A program made the translations under genes and the position numbers. A stretch of 64,000 bases of DNA from Octopus vulgaris (lineage: Eukaryota), in the NCBI GenBank assembly GCA_951406725.2, contig OX597819.1:27962001-28026000 (forward strand). Reading direction: 5' to 3'. The notes under the pieces are model-generated. The model did no database searches. It was not told where the DNA came from and worked only from the letters and a program-made list of their open reading frames with translations. This document shows positions 24,090-37,884 of this stretch, one piece after another; positions within the stretch are counted from its first letter, which is position 1, and every line of letters starts with the position of its first letter.

Positions 24090-25424
24090 ACCGCATGTAA
24101 ACTAAACATTGTATATTAAATCGTTTGGTGTTAATCAAACTGAACTAGCGCCAATATTTTGTTTCCTTGGACACATTTTAGATGTGAATTATATTTTGTA
24201 TTTCTTTATAGAAACTTGAAGGTATTTGCTAGTTGATTTGGTCCTAAAAAATTCGTTTAAAATGAATACGAAAACAGAAAATAGTAATTAAACAGGATAC
24301 CTTTAAGGAAGTGTTAAACCAATTCTTAATTTCAGTTGATATTCAAAACTAATTTATTTGTCGAGTTTTGACTGCGTGACAGAATTAAAAGAGCGCCGGA
24401 CTAAATGTTACGCGGTATCTTGTTCCGCCCGTTGCCGATCTGACTGCCAATTCTGTCTTAGTCGATAATGTAAATACCATTTAAGTGCGGTGATCCATTA
24501 AATCGAGTTTACCCTTCTCCTTAATATGTGTTTATTTTGGCCAAAGTGGGAATTCGATGAAGGGTCACGATTCAAGAACGATAACTCTTCTTTGATTCAC
24601 ATCTATAGATTATCTACGACGTCGAAATCCGTCAGATTAAAGGGCATGGGTGGGGCAAACCTCGCCCGCAGGTGCATTGCACCTGAAGGCCGATATACTC
24701 GTATGTACAAAATATAATAATGCGCCCAAAGGCCGATATACTCGTATGTACAAAATATAATAAATATTTCAGTTAAAAAATTCATACAATATTCATATGC
24801 CTAACTGCGACAAAGTCGCGTTTCCACTACGACTTAAAACGGTTAGACTCGAACAGAAATCGTTCCATTCGAATTGAAATTTTGTTTTCACTATAAAAAA
24901 CATATTGCTAGGTTTGTACCACCCCTTGAGACCCAACTACCCTCGGTACTATTTAAGAAGAGTGATCCCGGTGCGCGTACACCCTCATCCGCGCTAGCTA
25001 GTCGTGACTAGTCGATCCTACGACTACCTAGCAAAGTAAATAAAACACAAAATAAATCATTTTTTTACACAAAGTAATTTTTTTAAAACAAAGTAAATAA
25101 CGCACAAAAAGACAAAGGGTTAGAGTTAGGGGTGAGGGAAGGGTATCTTTTTTTCTTCACAAATGTAAATAAACCCAATCTGTTTCTTAAACGAGGGACA
25201 TATTCATTATGCACAGAATGTTATTTACCTAAATGGAGGTCACCGATTGGTTAAAATTGCCGAAATGCTCGAAATTAAGGACGAAATATGTTACAACATA
25301 TAGAATTTTCTCAATAAAGCCAAGAAAAAATGATGTTTTATAAACCCATTCTACCAGTATACGAAGTTTAAAAGTGTTTAGTTAACTAGAAATTGTGTTG
25401 AAAAGTGCCGTTCAAAAGGAAAAG

Positions 25425-25935
25425 ATCGCCCTGCTTTTCTCATGGACAACTATATATTGCACGCTTTCGAGTTAGCAGTGCAAATGACTTGTATATTTAT
25501 TCTATCAATACTAGGCTTACGCAAAACATAGTTTACTCAGAAGCATTGACGGTTTCACTTAACATATGTTCGAGTGTGCAGTCTGCCCAAACATTACAGA
25601 GATGGTGCTTTTCAGAAAGAAGCAGCTTTCTTTCCATGTACCTTACTTTCTGCAATATGGATATCTCTACGTCCTCATACGTCATCTATTTCTTTAAATC
25701 CCTAAGTCTAGGTAATTCTGGGAGCAATATTAGGATTTCCTTCTAATCTAAGCTGCCATTCTACATGTTTTTGGTGCCAACAATTTCAGCATTGTTCATC
25801 ACAAAATGACTGAAAAACATGTTTATAAAGAAGAGTTGGTTGCTTCACACTCCTCGTGTGCCGATTCTGCCCGTAAGAAAGAAACAAATTATACAATGTG
25901 ACTGTCGGTTGCAACGCCGGGATTGCATTGCTAAT
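25425..25935 (+). mobile_element. 3' end of an autonomous Helitron (RepHel PIF1-helicase C-terminus remnant)
   Basis: SPCFSHGQLYIARFRVSS...TQNIVYSEAL matches the Helitron helicase C-terminal motif FSHGQLYVA.SRV...T.N.VY.E.L. Downstream degenerate terminal hairpin TCGGTTGCAACGCCGGG followed by CTAAT. Confidence 0.75.
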
Positions 25936-26049
25936 GTGTGTGTGTATATATATATATAGTTAATCCAAACAAGAAAGCACAAAAAAAACACAACAACGCA
26001 AGGACGTGGAACAAATATAGTATTATTGGGCGCTCAGGAAAGAAGGAGG

Positions 26050-26084
26050 GTCTAACGTTTCAAGCGGAGCTCTTCGTCGGAAAC
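26050..26084 (-). ncRNA. Minimal hammerhead-like motif in a Penelope-type pseudo-LTR fragment (about 25958-26155)
   Basis: Minus strand GTTT-CCGACGA-A-GAGC TCC GCTT-GAAAC-GTT-AGAC; stem I GTTT/AGAC, palindromic AACGTT. Confidence 0.55.
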
Positions 26085-26151
26085 ATAGGAGAAGGAAAGA
26101 TCCAGAGAAGGGAAGACAGAGGAAAAAAAATCGCCAACGGTACACACGCGG

Positions 26152-26247
<96 letters not shown>

Positions 26248-27983
26248 AATTAAAGCCCTAAAATGATTGATTCAATTGTACTTTTTTTCAAACATCTGAA
26301 TTCTTCTAGCTTAGAACACACGAATTGTACATCACTGTGAAAGTCCAGTGCACCTTGATATAATAAAACATTATTTAGGTATAAACATTATCACACTTCA
26401 CACGTTTTTAAAAACTTGTGTGGATCACAATTTCTTAATCTGAATAAAGACTTAGAAGACTTTAAACCTGAAAATCTAGAGCCATTGTCTTTGTTGCCGC
26501 CGCCGCCACCACCACCACCACCGCCATCATCATCATCATTTAACACCCCTTTTTTCTATTCTGGCATGGGTTGGACATTTCAACAAGAACATATGGGCCA
26601 GAGAGCTGTTCCAGGTGGTTCTACATCTGCTTTGGTACAGTTTCTACAGTTGGATGCCTTTTCTAATGCCAACCACTTCACAAAATGTACCAGGTACTTT
26701 TCACATGGCACCAGCATTGGTAAGGTCATCAAGTATCTGCAAGACAAGATCTCTCAGCTGACTGGAGTATAAAATGGAAGGATAAGAAACTAAGTTAGAG
26801 CAACAAGAGCTGAAGAGTAAATTAATATGATTGATAGAGCATATTAAATTTTACTCTCCAATAGGAAATATAATTCTAGACTTGTTCTTAAAGAATTAAC
26901 ATGTCATCAGAATTTGCTCATCTCTTCTCAAACTAACGATGGGATGAGAGGAAGAAATAGTTGAAGGCTGTTTATCAACCCATTTTAACCCTGTCGAAAT
27001 TTTAAAGATAGTTATATAAAAAGGGATAACAAACACATGGAAGAGTCCAGTTAACCTTTATTGCAGTAAATAAACCAAATTCAATGGTTTGTAGCAGAAT
27101 GGATTGACAAAAGCATAAATGACAAACTATTCTCTCTCCTTTTTATTTACAGTTGTTGTTTGGACATAGCAGAGTAGTTTTTAGGCGCAATTTGTCCCCT
27201 AAACAATTACACCAAATTACCCCATACTCAAATGGATCATGTATTCTCTTAGTGGAAAAATCTTTCACATCCATGCTGGAACCCACCAGTTTCCTTAAAT
27301 AGATCAGTTTTTCTCCGCTTAAGGAGTCTAGCTTGTGTTTGTACCAGGAAGCTATTTGTTCACTTTCTCCACATTATGACACAATGAAATTCATCACCAC
27401 TGATATTGCTGCTACCAGCTCTTACTGCATTTAATGTCAACAACAACAATATTATAATTCATCCTCACATATGTAAACTCACTCAGTGAATATGACTTTT
27501 AACGTTCCCACAGAAACCTTCATTTACCTTATACAATGTTTAATGTCATTTCACATTCATATTGAATTATACAGCAATCTTATGTTCTCTTCACAGAACA
27601 CTTATAATACATGTATTACCAGTTCATTTGGTATAGTAGATTTTTGCTATTCTTGTTTATGTCTCCTCACAGACTTGTATATTCTAACAAGTCACTTCTT
27701 AAATTTCGCACCTCTCTTGTTCAATAAGCACTGAGTCAAACTTGGAAAGCTGTTTATTTTCTCCTTTCGATTTTTAATGCTTATTTTAGTGGGTTGCCAA
27801 ACTATCAGTTTGGTCCCCCTGCTAAAGGTTAAATATATACAACAAGCATTATTTTGCACTATTTATTGCAGTAAATGAACCAAATACAACTGTGCTCAAA
27901 AGAGGACAGTGGATTAATATGGGTTAAAATGTAAACATGTGTCTAGGGACAAACTTATTTACATTATGGTCGACTGCCAGAAT

Positions 27984-28440
27984 ATGTATGTATGTACGTA
28001 CGTACGTACGTACGTACGTATGTATGTATGTATGTATGTATGTATGTATGTATGTATGTATGTATGTATGTATGTATGTATGTATGTATGTATGTATGTA
28101 TGTGTGTGTGTGTGTGCGTGCGTGCACGCATGTTCGTACGTTCATGTGTGTGTGTGTGTGTGTGTGCACGTAAAAAATCGAACCTTGTATTCTTAGCCAA
28201 GAGTTTAAACAGTTTAAATATAACACAACCCTTTACAGATGTATGTATGTACGTACGTATGTATGTATGTATGTATGTATGTATGTATGTATGTATGTAT
28301 GTATGTATGTATGTATGTATGTATGTATGTATGTATGTATGTATGTATGTATGTATGTATGTATGTATGTATGTATGTATGTATGTATGTATGTATGTAT
28401 GTATGTATGTATGTATGTATGTTTGTTTGTGTGTGTGTGT
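27984..28440. repeat. Two (TATG)n tetranucleotide microsatellites with (TG)n
   Basis: Directly visible at 27984-28165 and 28239-28440. Confidence 0.95.
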
Positions 28441-28828
28441 GAGTGTGTGAATATATGTACGTAAGTATGTATGCGTAATAAGTCACAATGAGTAGTCCAG
28501 TATCTGTTTACTGTCTATTCTCTCCATATGTGTGTGTGTGTCGATGGGTGGATGGGTGGCTGTGCCAATAATCTGTCACATTTACTCAAGTTTCAATGAA
28601 AGCTGAAAACTTAAGGAAAATGTGTATGGCATACCAAGTAATCTGGAGTCTATAAAATAAAGTATGAAGCAAGTATTTAGATCAATTTAATGGTATATAC
28701 CCAATTCTAAAATGTGGTCTTGTGCAAAGTCAGAAATCAATTCAAAGAATCTTTGGAATTTCTGAAATTGAAATCTTTATTTTTTTTCCCTAAGGGGCGT
28801 AACTCTTAATGCATATTTACAAATCCTG

Positions 28829-29104
28829 ATGTCTACGACAGCCAAGGTTACGATCGGTTTATCAGTGATATTCACAGCCTCAATTGTTACTTATGTACAT
28901 CTTTCACAAATTTTGGATAGAAAGGTAACATTATCTTTGTATATTCTCATATCGTTACATTCCTCTTCCTTAAATATAATACCAATCCTTGAAGAAAATA
29001 AGTTGAAACTGTACTCAATATTCGCAGGTGCTCACGAATTATGTTCTATCAGTATTACAATTCCTCTCAGCATAATTGATAGAAGGGCATTTAAGTGCTG
29101 TAAC

Positions 29105-29137
<33 letters not shown>

Positions 29138-32100
29138 GAAACTGTGAAAATTATATAGTGTTCCTACATTGGTAGAAATGTTGATTATTCTTATTGTAGT
29201 TACAGTCTTAGAAATGACCGGAAGATACTAAGGTTGTTCTGATAGATATTTCCTCCAATTTAACTTGGTTCTGTTTGCTCACAATACACGGGAACTCCTA
29301 CCACACCCTACTTACTTAATAATTGCCCCAGATAGATTATTTCCCTACTGTTTAAGTCCCAAGTCTGTTCAAGTAGCATGCTCAACAGTGGCTGTGATAC
29401 CGAACCAATGGTTTCTTGAATAGTAAACGTAACACCTACCCCCATCTCGTGTCATTGGATTTTTCAGAGCTGACCGAGATAGTTTATAGATAACAATCAC
29501 TCTCTTTTCATTATTTACATTACTTACTGGTCTTTAGATCTTTGACATCCTATCGTCTAAGCAGTAGCACTTTTTTCTTCTCTTTTCTATTTAACGTCTT
29601 TCAAACACGTGGTAAAATATGAATGCAGAAATATTATTATTTTTGTTTAATGGCTTAGTAAGAGGAGAAGGGGCAGCATCCAAAGCTCTTTCAAGGCTTC
29701 TGTGACTGGTGGGAAGAAAAGAGTTATTTATCCTCAGACGAGAGACATGGTTCGAACGCTTTCTACTAAGTGGACTCTACCAAAGACACCCATGGGTTAG
29801 GCGGCGGTGTTAAACTAAGCTACGAATTAAGTCTACCACTCATGTCATGACAAGTTTTTTGAAAACAAAATTTGATATACTAAAGTATGTTTTTATGTTT
29901 AAAACATGCTGTGTGGATGTGGAACAAAACCGGAGGAATACGTCTCAAATTGTAGTAAAACAGTACGAGTATCAACCTTATTGCAGTTTCGGATTTCGTC
30001 GAGTCTTCATGAGGGTTCACTTAAACATTTGTACTTTCTTATCTTTTGATCATATTCAGATTTTTTTTTTCGTGGAGAAAAGACTGTTAATAATCCAAGT
30101 TTTCTTAATGATTATGATTATTAGCATCATAATAGAAGAATTTAAGGGTCTTTTATAGACAACTTTCAGTCAATTGACTTGGACCAGTTGCAAGGAAACC
30201 TTAATTTAGTTCTGCTATCAAGGATGCTAAATCTACACAACAAACTTAAGTAAAACTGGTTACAGTTGTGAGAGTTAAACTTAGAGTACATGAAATACTT
30301 CCTCATATTTTCTTTATTCATTGTTTGCTCTAATCTTTAGCAAGTATAACTGTTACTGTGGTTGATCAGGGTTGCTATTTAGGTCAGAAAAGTAATTATT
30401 TATATTCAATACATTATAGAGAGGGATTTGATCTGTAGTAGTTAATTAGCGCTTTTTGGAACTTCAAGTCAACCAACTGGTTGGAGCTCTGTCAATTTTA
30501 TTCTAATTTCTCCTGGTCACAAATGTGGTTTATCTTCAAAACATCAAGACAATTAAGTCGCTGAACAAAACGATCATTCTATGTAAATCACTCTACATCC
30601 TTCATACAATGAAGATCATTAATTCTAAAGTTTCTTCCTAGTTCACTCATAAATATGCTGTGGCAGTGCTTCCTACTTTGTTTCCAATTCCACATACTTC
30701 TGAAAATCTTTATCCCAGCAATTTTATTACAGTATACATGCAAGTTATCAACTACTAAAACTTGCTCCTAGACAGCTGTCCTTCAAAATGTCTTTTCCAT
30801 TCATCGTCATCATCACCATCATTTAACATCCATGTTCCATAGTGGTATGTGTTAGACAGTTTGACAGGATCCCTCAAGTCCAAAACTGCACTGTGCTTCA
30901 GTGTCTGCTTTGGCATGGTTTCTACAGCTGGATGCTTACCCTGACATAATGGTCCGGCATAAACTACTATCTTTGCTAAACTCTTGAATCTTTCTCTTCA
31001 GGAATTTATCCCCATCTTTGGAAACATGCTATAATCTGCCCAGTCACTCCTAAAATGGCAAACCTTCATGGCCATTCAAATTACCAAACTATTGTTTTAA
31101 TTTCCAACATGGAGAAAGGGACATTAAGTGATGATAATGATGATCACCTTAAATCTCTCTTTTCCTTTTCAGTTGAGCCATATCTGCCTGAGACTTGTTC
31201 TCCTATATCAATGACATGTGGTTTCTTGCACTCTAAAGATTTGGTGAAAACAATATTGATGCACCTAATATCAATACAATCTTCAACTCTATATAAAACT
31301 TCTAGCTAATTTGCCAAGACTCAATATATCTCTTGACTTGGAAGCTTCATATTAAAATGCACTGCTGCAGTGTAAGGTGACTAAATTTTCTTCAGCCCAT
31401 ATTCCGTCACCTCCAGTATACCCCAAGATTCATTTAAGACTCTTGCTTTCTTCTCAGCATAAATGATCTGATTACTGTCACTTTTAACAGTGCTTACTTC
31501 TTAACTTTTTATTTGTAAGCATTATTCCACCATTTAACCTAGACACCTCCACCAGAACTGCACTGTCTTGGTCAACAGACACATTACAAAATAGTTTCCT
31601 TCAACATCTTTATATATAAAAGAGAGGTTGTGTGTCTGTTTCCTACGATTTAGATTCCTAACTACTCCCACATTTTGTGGTGCAGTTTAACCAAAACCGG
31701 GTATCTTATAGTCGTGATTCATATCGAGCCCTTCTGGGTATTAGTGCACATCTACGATGAGTCTACGATTTAAAAAAAAATTTACCATCATTTTTTCCCA
31801 TTTGTAATGCATTTTTTTGCTATTATATAAAGGCAGTAACTCTCTAAAAATGTATTATTAAATCTCAGAACGTAAAAAGCTACAGTAACACCCCCCTTCG
31901 TGGTTAGCCATATTGAGATGGCTATTATACTTTACATCTCTAAAAATGCTTATATAGTTATTTCCCTTACAAACTCAAGCAACGCCGGGCGATACTGCTA
32001 GTTAAATATAAAAATAAAACACAAATCAACGAACCATATTTTATATTTTACTTTCTCATGTCATAGACAACACATGTATAACACCACATGTTCCTAAGGT

Positions 32101-33664
32101 ACTCTTAGTAGATTTCACTCTGTTCTAAACATTCAGATCTAATCTCTGGTTTACTCCTAGCACACATTTTTACTGCAAGCATTGATCTGTAAATGTTCAG
32201 GTTGGTTATCGCACTCACCCCAGTCTGAGGTGGTCTGCAATGATTATGGACACTAGTGCTCTTCCTCTAAACTAAGTTATTGAATATTATTACTGTATCA
32301 TCTTTCCTTTTCCCAGGTTCTATACTTAACACTTCACTAAAATCCTTCTGTAATTTCCTATCTATCCATGTTCTTTATATTTACACTGACAATGCAAAAA
32401 TATCTAATTACAATATATAATTACAAATGTTCAAAGTGAACATCAACCATCTTTATCTCAACAGTTTTGGCAGCCTGGAGAAGTTGTAGGCACTGGCATT
32501 TCTCTGATTGACTGTAATTGGCGAACATCTATGAGATGGCTAATTTTGGGTCTAATTTTTGACAATGAATTTCTGTAATGTATAGCATTATGTACTTGGT
32601 TTGAATGCTATCCTAATCCACCTTTTCTGTACGTATTGGCACATGAACCTGTGCAGCATAAGTTGAGCACTTAGGGTTATCCTTTAGTTGGAATGCGGGA
32701 GGGCAATGTTCCAATTGGTATCATTTGGGATATTATCCCAATAATGTAACTAGAACAAATTTTTGTGAAAAACTAGAATGTTCGTCTGTATCCAACCTCT
32801 TCTCAAGATATAAGGAATAAAATTCATAAGCATAATCTGAGGCTGAAGAATCAGATTCTGTGCAAATTAATAATCCTGGAATTGCCAGTAATTGTAATTT
32901 TTTTTTTTTTTTTGTGAGGGTCATCTTCCTGCTACTGATCACTACTACTTTGGTATATATCATAGAATCTCAGCAATTTAACTTGATGAGAATGCTAAAG
33001 GATAAAAGGGCAAGGCATGAAACCATTCTTCTAAAGCTGTATTAAGTGTATGCTGATTTCCAAATGTGGACTTATTAAGAACACTCTAAGCTGTTAGTTA
33101 TGTTCTGAAGTCTTAACTCTTTTGCAATCATATTTTGAATGCAACACATTGTTACTTGTTTCAATTAATTTTGGAAAATCAACAACTTAAAAGGATTTAG
33201 TAAAATAATTGTTATCATATTAAATATTGTTTGGAATATGCCTCTACAAGTGGTTCTATGATGCTAAATTTCAAATTAAACAGACACATTAAAGTAGATA
33301 ATTTGCATTACAAAATAGAGGCAGGCTACTATCAAAAGCTTCAAATCTGTTTCAGGATGTAACATGTAATTCATATAGGAAAACAGCTAACAAGATTTAA
33401 AATGGGTAATTGGTAGATTATTAATGTGATGTTTTGTTACAATGATACGTTTTAGTATTTTTTAGCTCAAGAAACAATTTGATAATTGTCAAATTTGAAC
33501 TATGTAATTTTATTTTTCTTGTGTTCTGGTTTCAGAAAATGAAGGCTGGCATTTTGAATGATGTAAATAAGGAACAGAAGAAAATTCAAAATCTGAAAAT
33601 GTTGCAAACACAAGCAGAACTGAAGAGAGCCTATGAACGAGAGGCTAGAAATGCAGAGAGCTGA
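28829..33664 (+). CDS. PET117: PET117 homolog, cytochrome c oxidase assembly factor (74 aa)
   Basis: Exons 28829-28924 (MSTTAKVTIGLSVIFTASIVTYVHLSQILDRK, donor GTAACA) and 33536-33664 (KMKAGILNDVNKEQKKIQNLKMLQTQAELKRAYEREARNAES*), phase 0. The pattern MS..K..LGLS...T...V..VH..Q..D....GV..D matches PET117. Confidence 0.9.
31607..32001 (+). mobile_element. Complete non-autonomous Helitron
   Basis: A|TC start, subterminal hairpin region AAGCAACGCCGGG, CTAG|T end; inserted at an AT dinucleotide with no TSD. Confidence 0.85.
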
Positions 33665-33695
33665 ATAAATTAAACATTTACATTTGGATTAAGTA

Positions 33696-33739
<44 letters not shown>

Positions 33740-34131
33740 TCATCATCATCATCATCATCGTTTAACGTCCGTTTTCCGCGCTAGCACGGGTTGGACGGAA
33801 ATATATATATGTATTTTAACAGGTCGCAAATCTTGGCAGAGGAGTGGGTTAAATCAAATTAGTATGTACCTATTGATCTTGGAAGTATTGAACTCAGACT
33901 GGATAAGGATGTAACTAAATATCACAAGGCATTTTGTTTGCCATACTACTGATCCTGTTGTCATATATTTACTTTTCCAGTTACCTTTTATGGGTTACTG
34001 GGCAACTACAAAATACTTCATTTTTATGAAGTGTCAAAAAAGGAGCAAGATAGCCTGGTGAAATTAAGCTGAAAACTTTATCAATTGTTATTCTGATTTT
34101 TTTCCGATCTTCAGAAGAATGTGATACATAT

Positions 34132-34862
34132 ATATCTGATTAATCCGGACTGTTGCCATAGTAACAAAGCTAAAGCATGCGGAGTGAAGCCGCTTGGCAA
34201 AGATTGACCTTGAACTCTGCTGTGCATGTGCACTAAGTTTTAACATTCTTGCTCATTTCTGCTGTTTACAGCAGTGCTTGGAAGAAAGGCATGTAGCATG
34301 TGATTGTTGCATTGACCATGACAGAGAATGTTGTCATGGCAATGAGAGAACCACAACCAGCAGAAGTGAGAAAAACATTGCAGATGTGCATGCAGCCTTG
34401 AGGGAAAATCGTCAAATCACCATTCATGAGTTATCAGAGGATGTGCAGATTAGTTTATGGTTCAGTTCAGTCCATTATCACTGAAGATTTGGGTATGAGA
34501 TGCGTGTCTGCCAAGTTTGTTGCAAAACTGCTTTCAGCCGACCAAAGAGACACCTGCAAGATCTCCTTGATTGTTTCAAGTATGGTGGAAACTTTTTGAA
34601 AACTTTGCATAGGCCTCTGAGCAGGTATCGCCAAGCTTTTGGCAAAATTTGATGCAGATTCTCTACTTAACTTTCTCTGTTATTGTCAATGTGATGATCA
34701 CATGTTACACACCTTCCTTCCAAGCACTGCTGTAAACAATAGAAGTGAGCTAGAATGTTAAAACTTAGTGCGCATGCACGCCAGAGTTTAAGGTCGATCT
34801 GTACCAAGCGGCTTTACTCTGCATGCTTTAACAGTCTGGATACTTATTGATCATACCACGTA
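34132..34862. mobile_element. Mariner-derived fold-back element with about 190-bp inverted ends
   Basis: 34140-34320 is reverse-complementary to 34680-34845. The centre encodes TTSRSEKNIADVHAALRENRQITIHELSEDVQIS and EDLGMRCVSAKFVAKLL (mariner HTH and linker). Confidence 0.8.
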
Positions 34863-36719
34863 TATATATATATATATATATATATTGAGAAAGAGGGGTA
34901 CACAGATAAATATGGTTGGGCTATAAAAAAACACAACCATCTACAAGATTTGTTTATAAATAATGTTTCAATGAAATAAAATATTGCATGCCACTGTTTT
35001 AATTTTTTTTTGTCACAGATACCCTAATTCTTATCTTTGAATTTAACTGACAAAGGCATATAATCTGTATATTTTTAAATTTCACTTTTAGGATGCTTCT
35101 TTTACAAGCTTTTATCCCAATCCTTTTATTTTAATATTAGTATATACATATTTAAAAAAATACAATTTGAGTCAGTTGAATGATTCATTTTACTCCAAAA
35201 TACAATGTAGTGCTTGAGATAAATCTGAAATTGCCATTTTAAAAAATCTCAGTTGGTGAATTACACTGCCATTGCTTATAGGTTTTCAAATGGGCCAGAC
35301 ACTGGTTCCTTATAGTTTTGATGGTGAGAGGGACAATTAATTTGGTGCTGAAGAAATATTGCAAAGATCATAATTTTAAGAGCACCAGTTTCTTCATTTT
35401 TTTTTCATTATATATCACTAATATATTATCAGTAAATGAGATATGCACACAAATACATGATAGGCTTTTACACAGTTTCCATACTCCATTCAGAAAGCAT
35501 TGGCTAACCTACAGCCATGGTAAAAGCATTTACTCATGTACTGTATAGTGGTATTGAACCCAGAACCAAAATAATTACAAAGCAAGCTTCTTAACCAGTA
35601 GTACCTCTCCAAATACTCCAATCTAGGAAAAGTCGTCACAGATCCCCACCCACTATAAACCTGTTCCTATTCCTCGAATGATATCTTAAAATCTCAATGC
35701 TTCAGTCAAAGCAACTACTATTATTCTCCTTCTTGGTTGATGGGGTTCTTTAGTCTTGCAAGTTACAAGGCAATCTTACTAGTGTTGGTAGAATGAAAAA
35801 AAGCACCCACTATGCTGTAAAGTGGTTGGCATTAAGAAGAGCTTCCAACCACAGAAATCATAGAATAAAATGTTAGGTCCTTGTCAAAAATCTAACCCAT
35901 GCCACCATGGAAAATAGATGTAAAACTGATGATGCTGTTGACATTCATACCTTATGGTTAAAAACAGAAACTGTTCATATAACTGGTTTCTTCTAAATTG
36001 AATCCATATTTCAGTTTGTAACTTTCTACATGAACATCATAAGATGAAGTGTCAAACATATTAAAAAAAAAAACAGAATTTAATGATGTTAGTGAGAAGG
36101 GTTGAGCTGTACCTATGACTTCGCTCATTGCATCTTTGAGAGATTGGTGACATTGATATGGCTTATGTTCAGATAGGTGGGCAGGGAATTTGAGAGGTTT
36201 CAACTTTTGGGGAGGAAGAATCGAGTATGATGGTTAATGTGTAGCTGGGGCTGGTATGCAAGTAGTCGGCTTTTGTAAGGAAAGCAAGATGTGGGAGTGT
36301 GGTGATGAGTAAGTACTTTCTTTTAGATGAGGTCTGGGATGTTTGTGCAAGTGACAGAAGTCAAAGTAGTATACCATTCTAGATATCACCTGAGCATTGT
36401 AGTTTGGGACACTTATTTTCAGGCTCAGAAAAGCAAAGATATTCTTTGGGATACATTTTTTGGCTGTGTTATGGATGTGGCATCACCATGAGAGTTTATC
36501 AGTGAAGCCTTGTTTTTGGAGCAACTTTTATATTTCTTCACAAACTGTAGCCATCACTTGGAAATATGTCTGATTTGGTAACATATAACAAACTTTTATT
36601 GTTTTAGGTGTTTGTATGGCCATGAGCAGACATAGACATCCTTTTGGCCCTCCTCCTCATTAACCCAGCTGGAAACCAAAGTTGTGTTCAATTTCAGCCG
36701 GAGCAAGAGCTTATATGTA

Positions 36720-37884
36720 TTGGGTCATCCCATAAATAATGCGTTTTTTTTATACTTCTTTCATTTTTCAAAACTAAGATAAACAAAGTTCTTTTTTAAT
36801 CTAAAATATACTCTCCTTCATTTTCTACAATGCTCTTGCATATATCTGATAGACTTGCAAGGCCCCTCTCCAAAATTCACTTGTCTGTGATGAAAAATAT
36901 TCCTCCAGTACTGTTCTGACCTTGTCTACAGAATTCATATTTTTCCGTCCAAATGATTTTGAAGACTGCAGACTAAATGATAATCAGATGGGGCAATGAC
37001 TGGCGAATATGGTGGGTGGGGCATCGTTTCCCATTCGAACAGCTCCAGCCTTTCGAATGTCATCCTTGATGTATGTGGTCAAGTATTATCCTGATGGATA
37101 TTTTATGCTTTGAAAAAGTTGCAGTTTTTGAGATCGTTATTTTGTCTTGAAACCATAGATGATCATCATTGTTCTAGCACTGACTTAAGTCTCTCAAGCT
37201 GTTCGCAGATCTCCTTTGTTATTGTTTGGTTTAGGTTTAACAGTTCAAAGTGGACTAAACCTTTCATATCCACCAAACAAACAACAATACCTTATGTGGG
37301 TGAAGACCTTCTTGAGCCTGGGGTACCAGTGTTTCTCCTTTCCCTACCCACCACCTTTGACACTTGACATTTTTATAGAGAACCCATTTCTTGTCACAAA
37401 ACGGTTCATTCCTGATACATGACAGCAAAGAATAGCCCACATTCACTCTTGGTGCATGATAAGACTCAGAAAGTTTGTGAGGAGCACATTGACCCAATTT
37501 GCTGACTTTTCTGATGGCACACAGGTGTCAATGACCAAATCCAAGCTTCTCTGCTAGTTCCTCAACAGTTACGATGGGATTTTCTTCCACCAGTGTTTGC
37601 AAGATGTCCTTGTTGAACTCTACAGATCTTCCAGGACGAGGCTTGTTTTCTAGGCTGTAGTTTCTGGCTTGGAATTTCTGGAACCACCATTGACGCTGGC
37701 TTACACTTATTGTCCAATCTCCATACACTGCATTACTATTCCTCGCACTTTCCGATGCATTGTTGCTTTTATTGAACTCATATAGCAAAATATGCAAGTT
37801 GATACAGGTAGTTTATCCCATCCCCCTTCGACTTTTAGTTCATGCAATTGAAAAAAAAAACGCATTATTTATGGGATGATCCAG
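36720..37884 (-). mobile_element. Near full-length mariner transposon (pseudogenised transposase)
   Basis: TIR TTGGGTCATCCCATAAATAATGCG / CGCATTATTTATGGGATGATCCAG with TA TSDs. Remnants HILLYEFNK...PRPGRS, GQCAPHKL, HPPYSPVIAPSDY. Confidence 0.9.

Noticed and set aside
24687-24763. 35-bp direct repeat AAGGCCGATATACTCGTATGTACAAAATATAATAA x2
   Set aside because: Simple local tandem duplication, probably within a decayed Helitron region; no further structure.
27924-28486. MYVC/HTYI repeat ORFs
   Set aside because: (TATG)n microsatellite artefacts.
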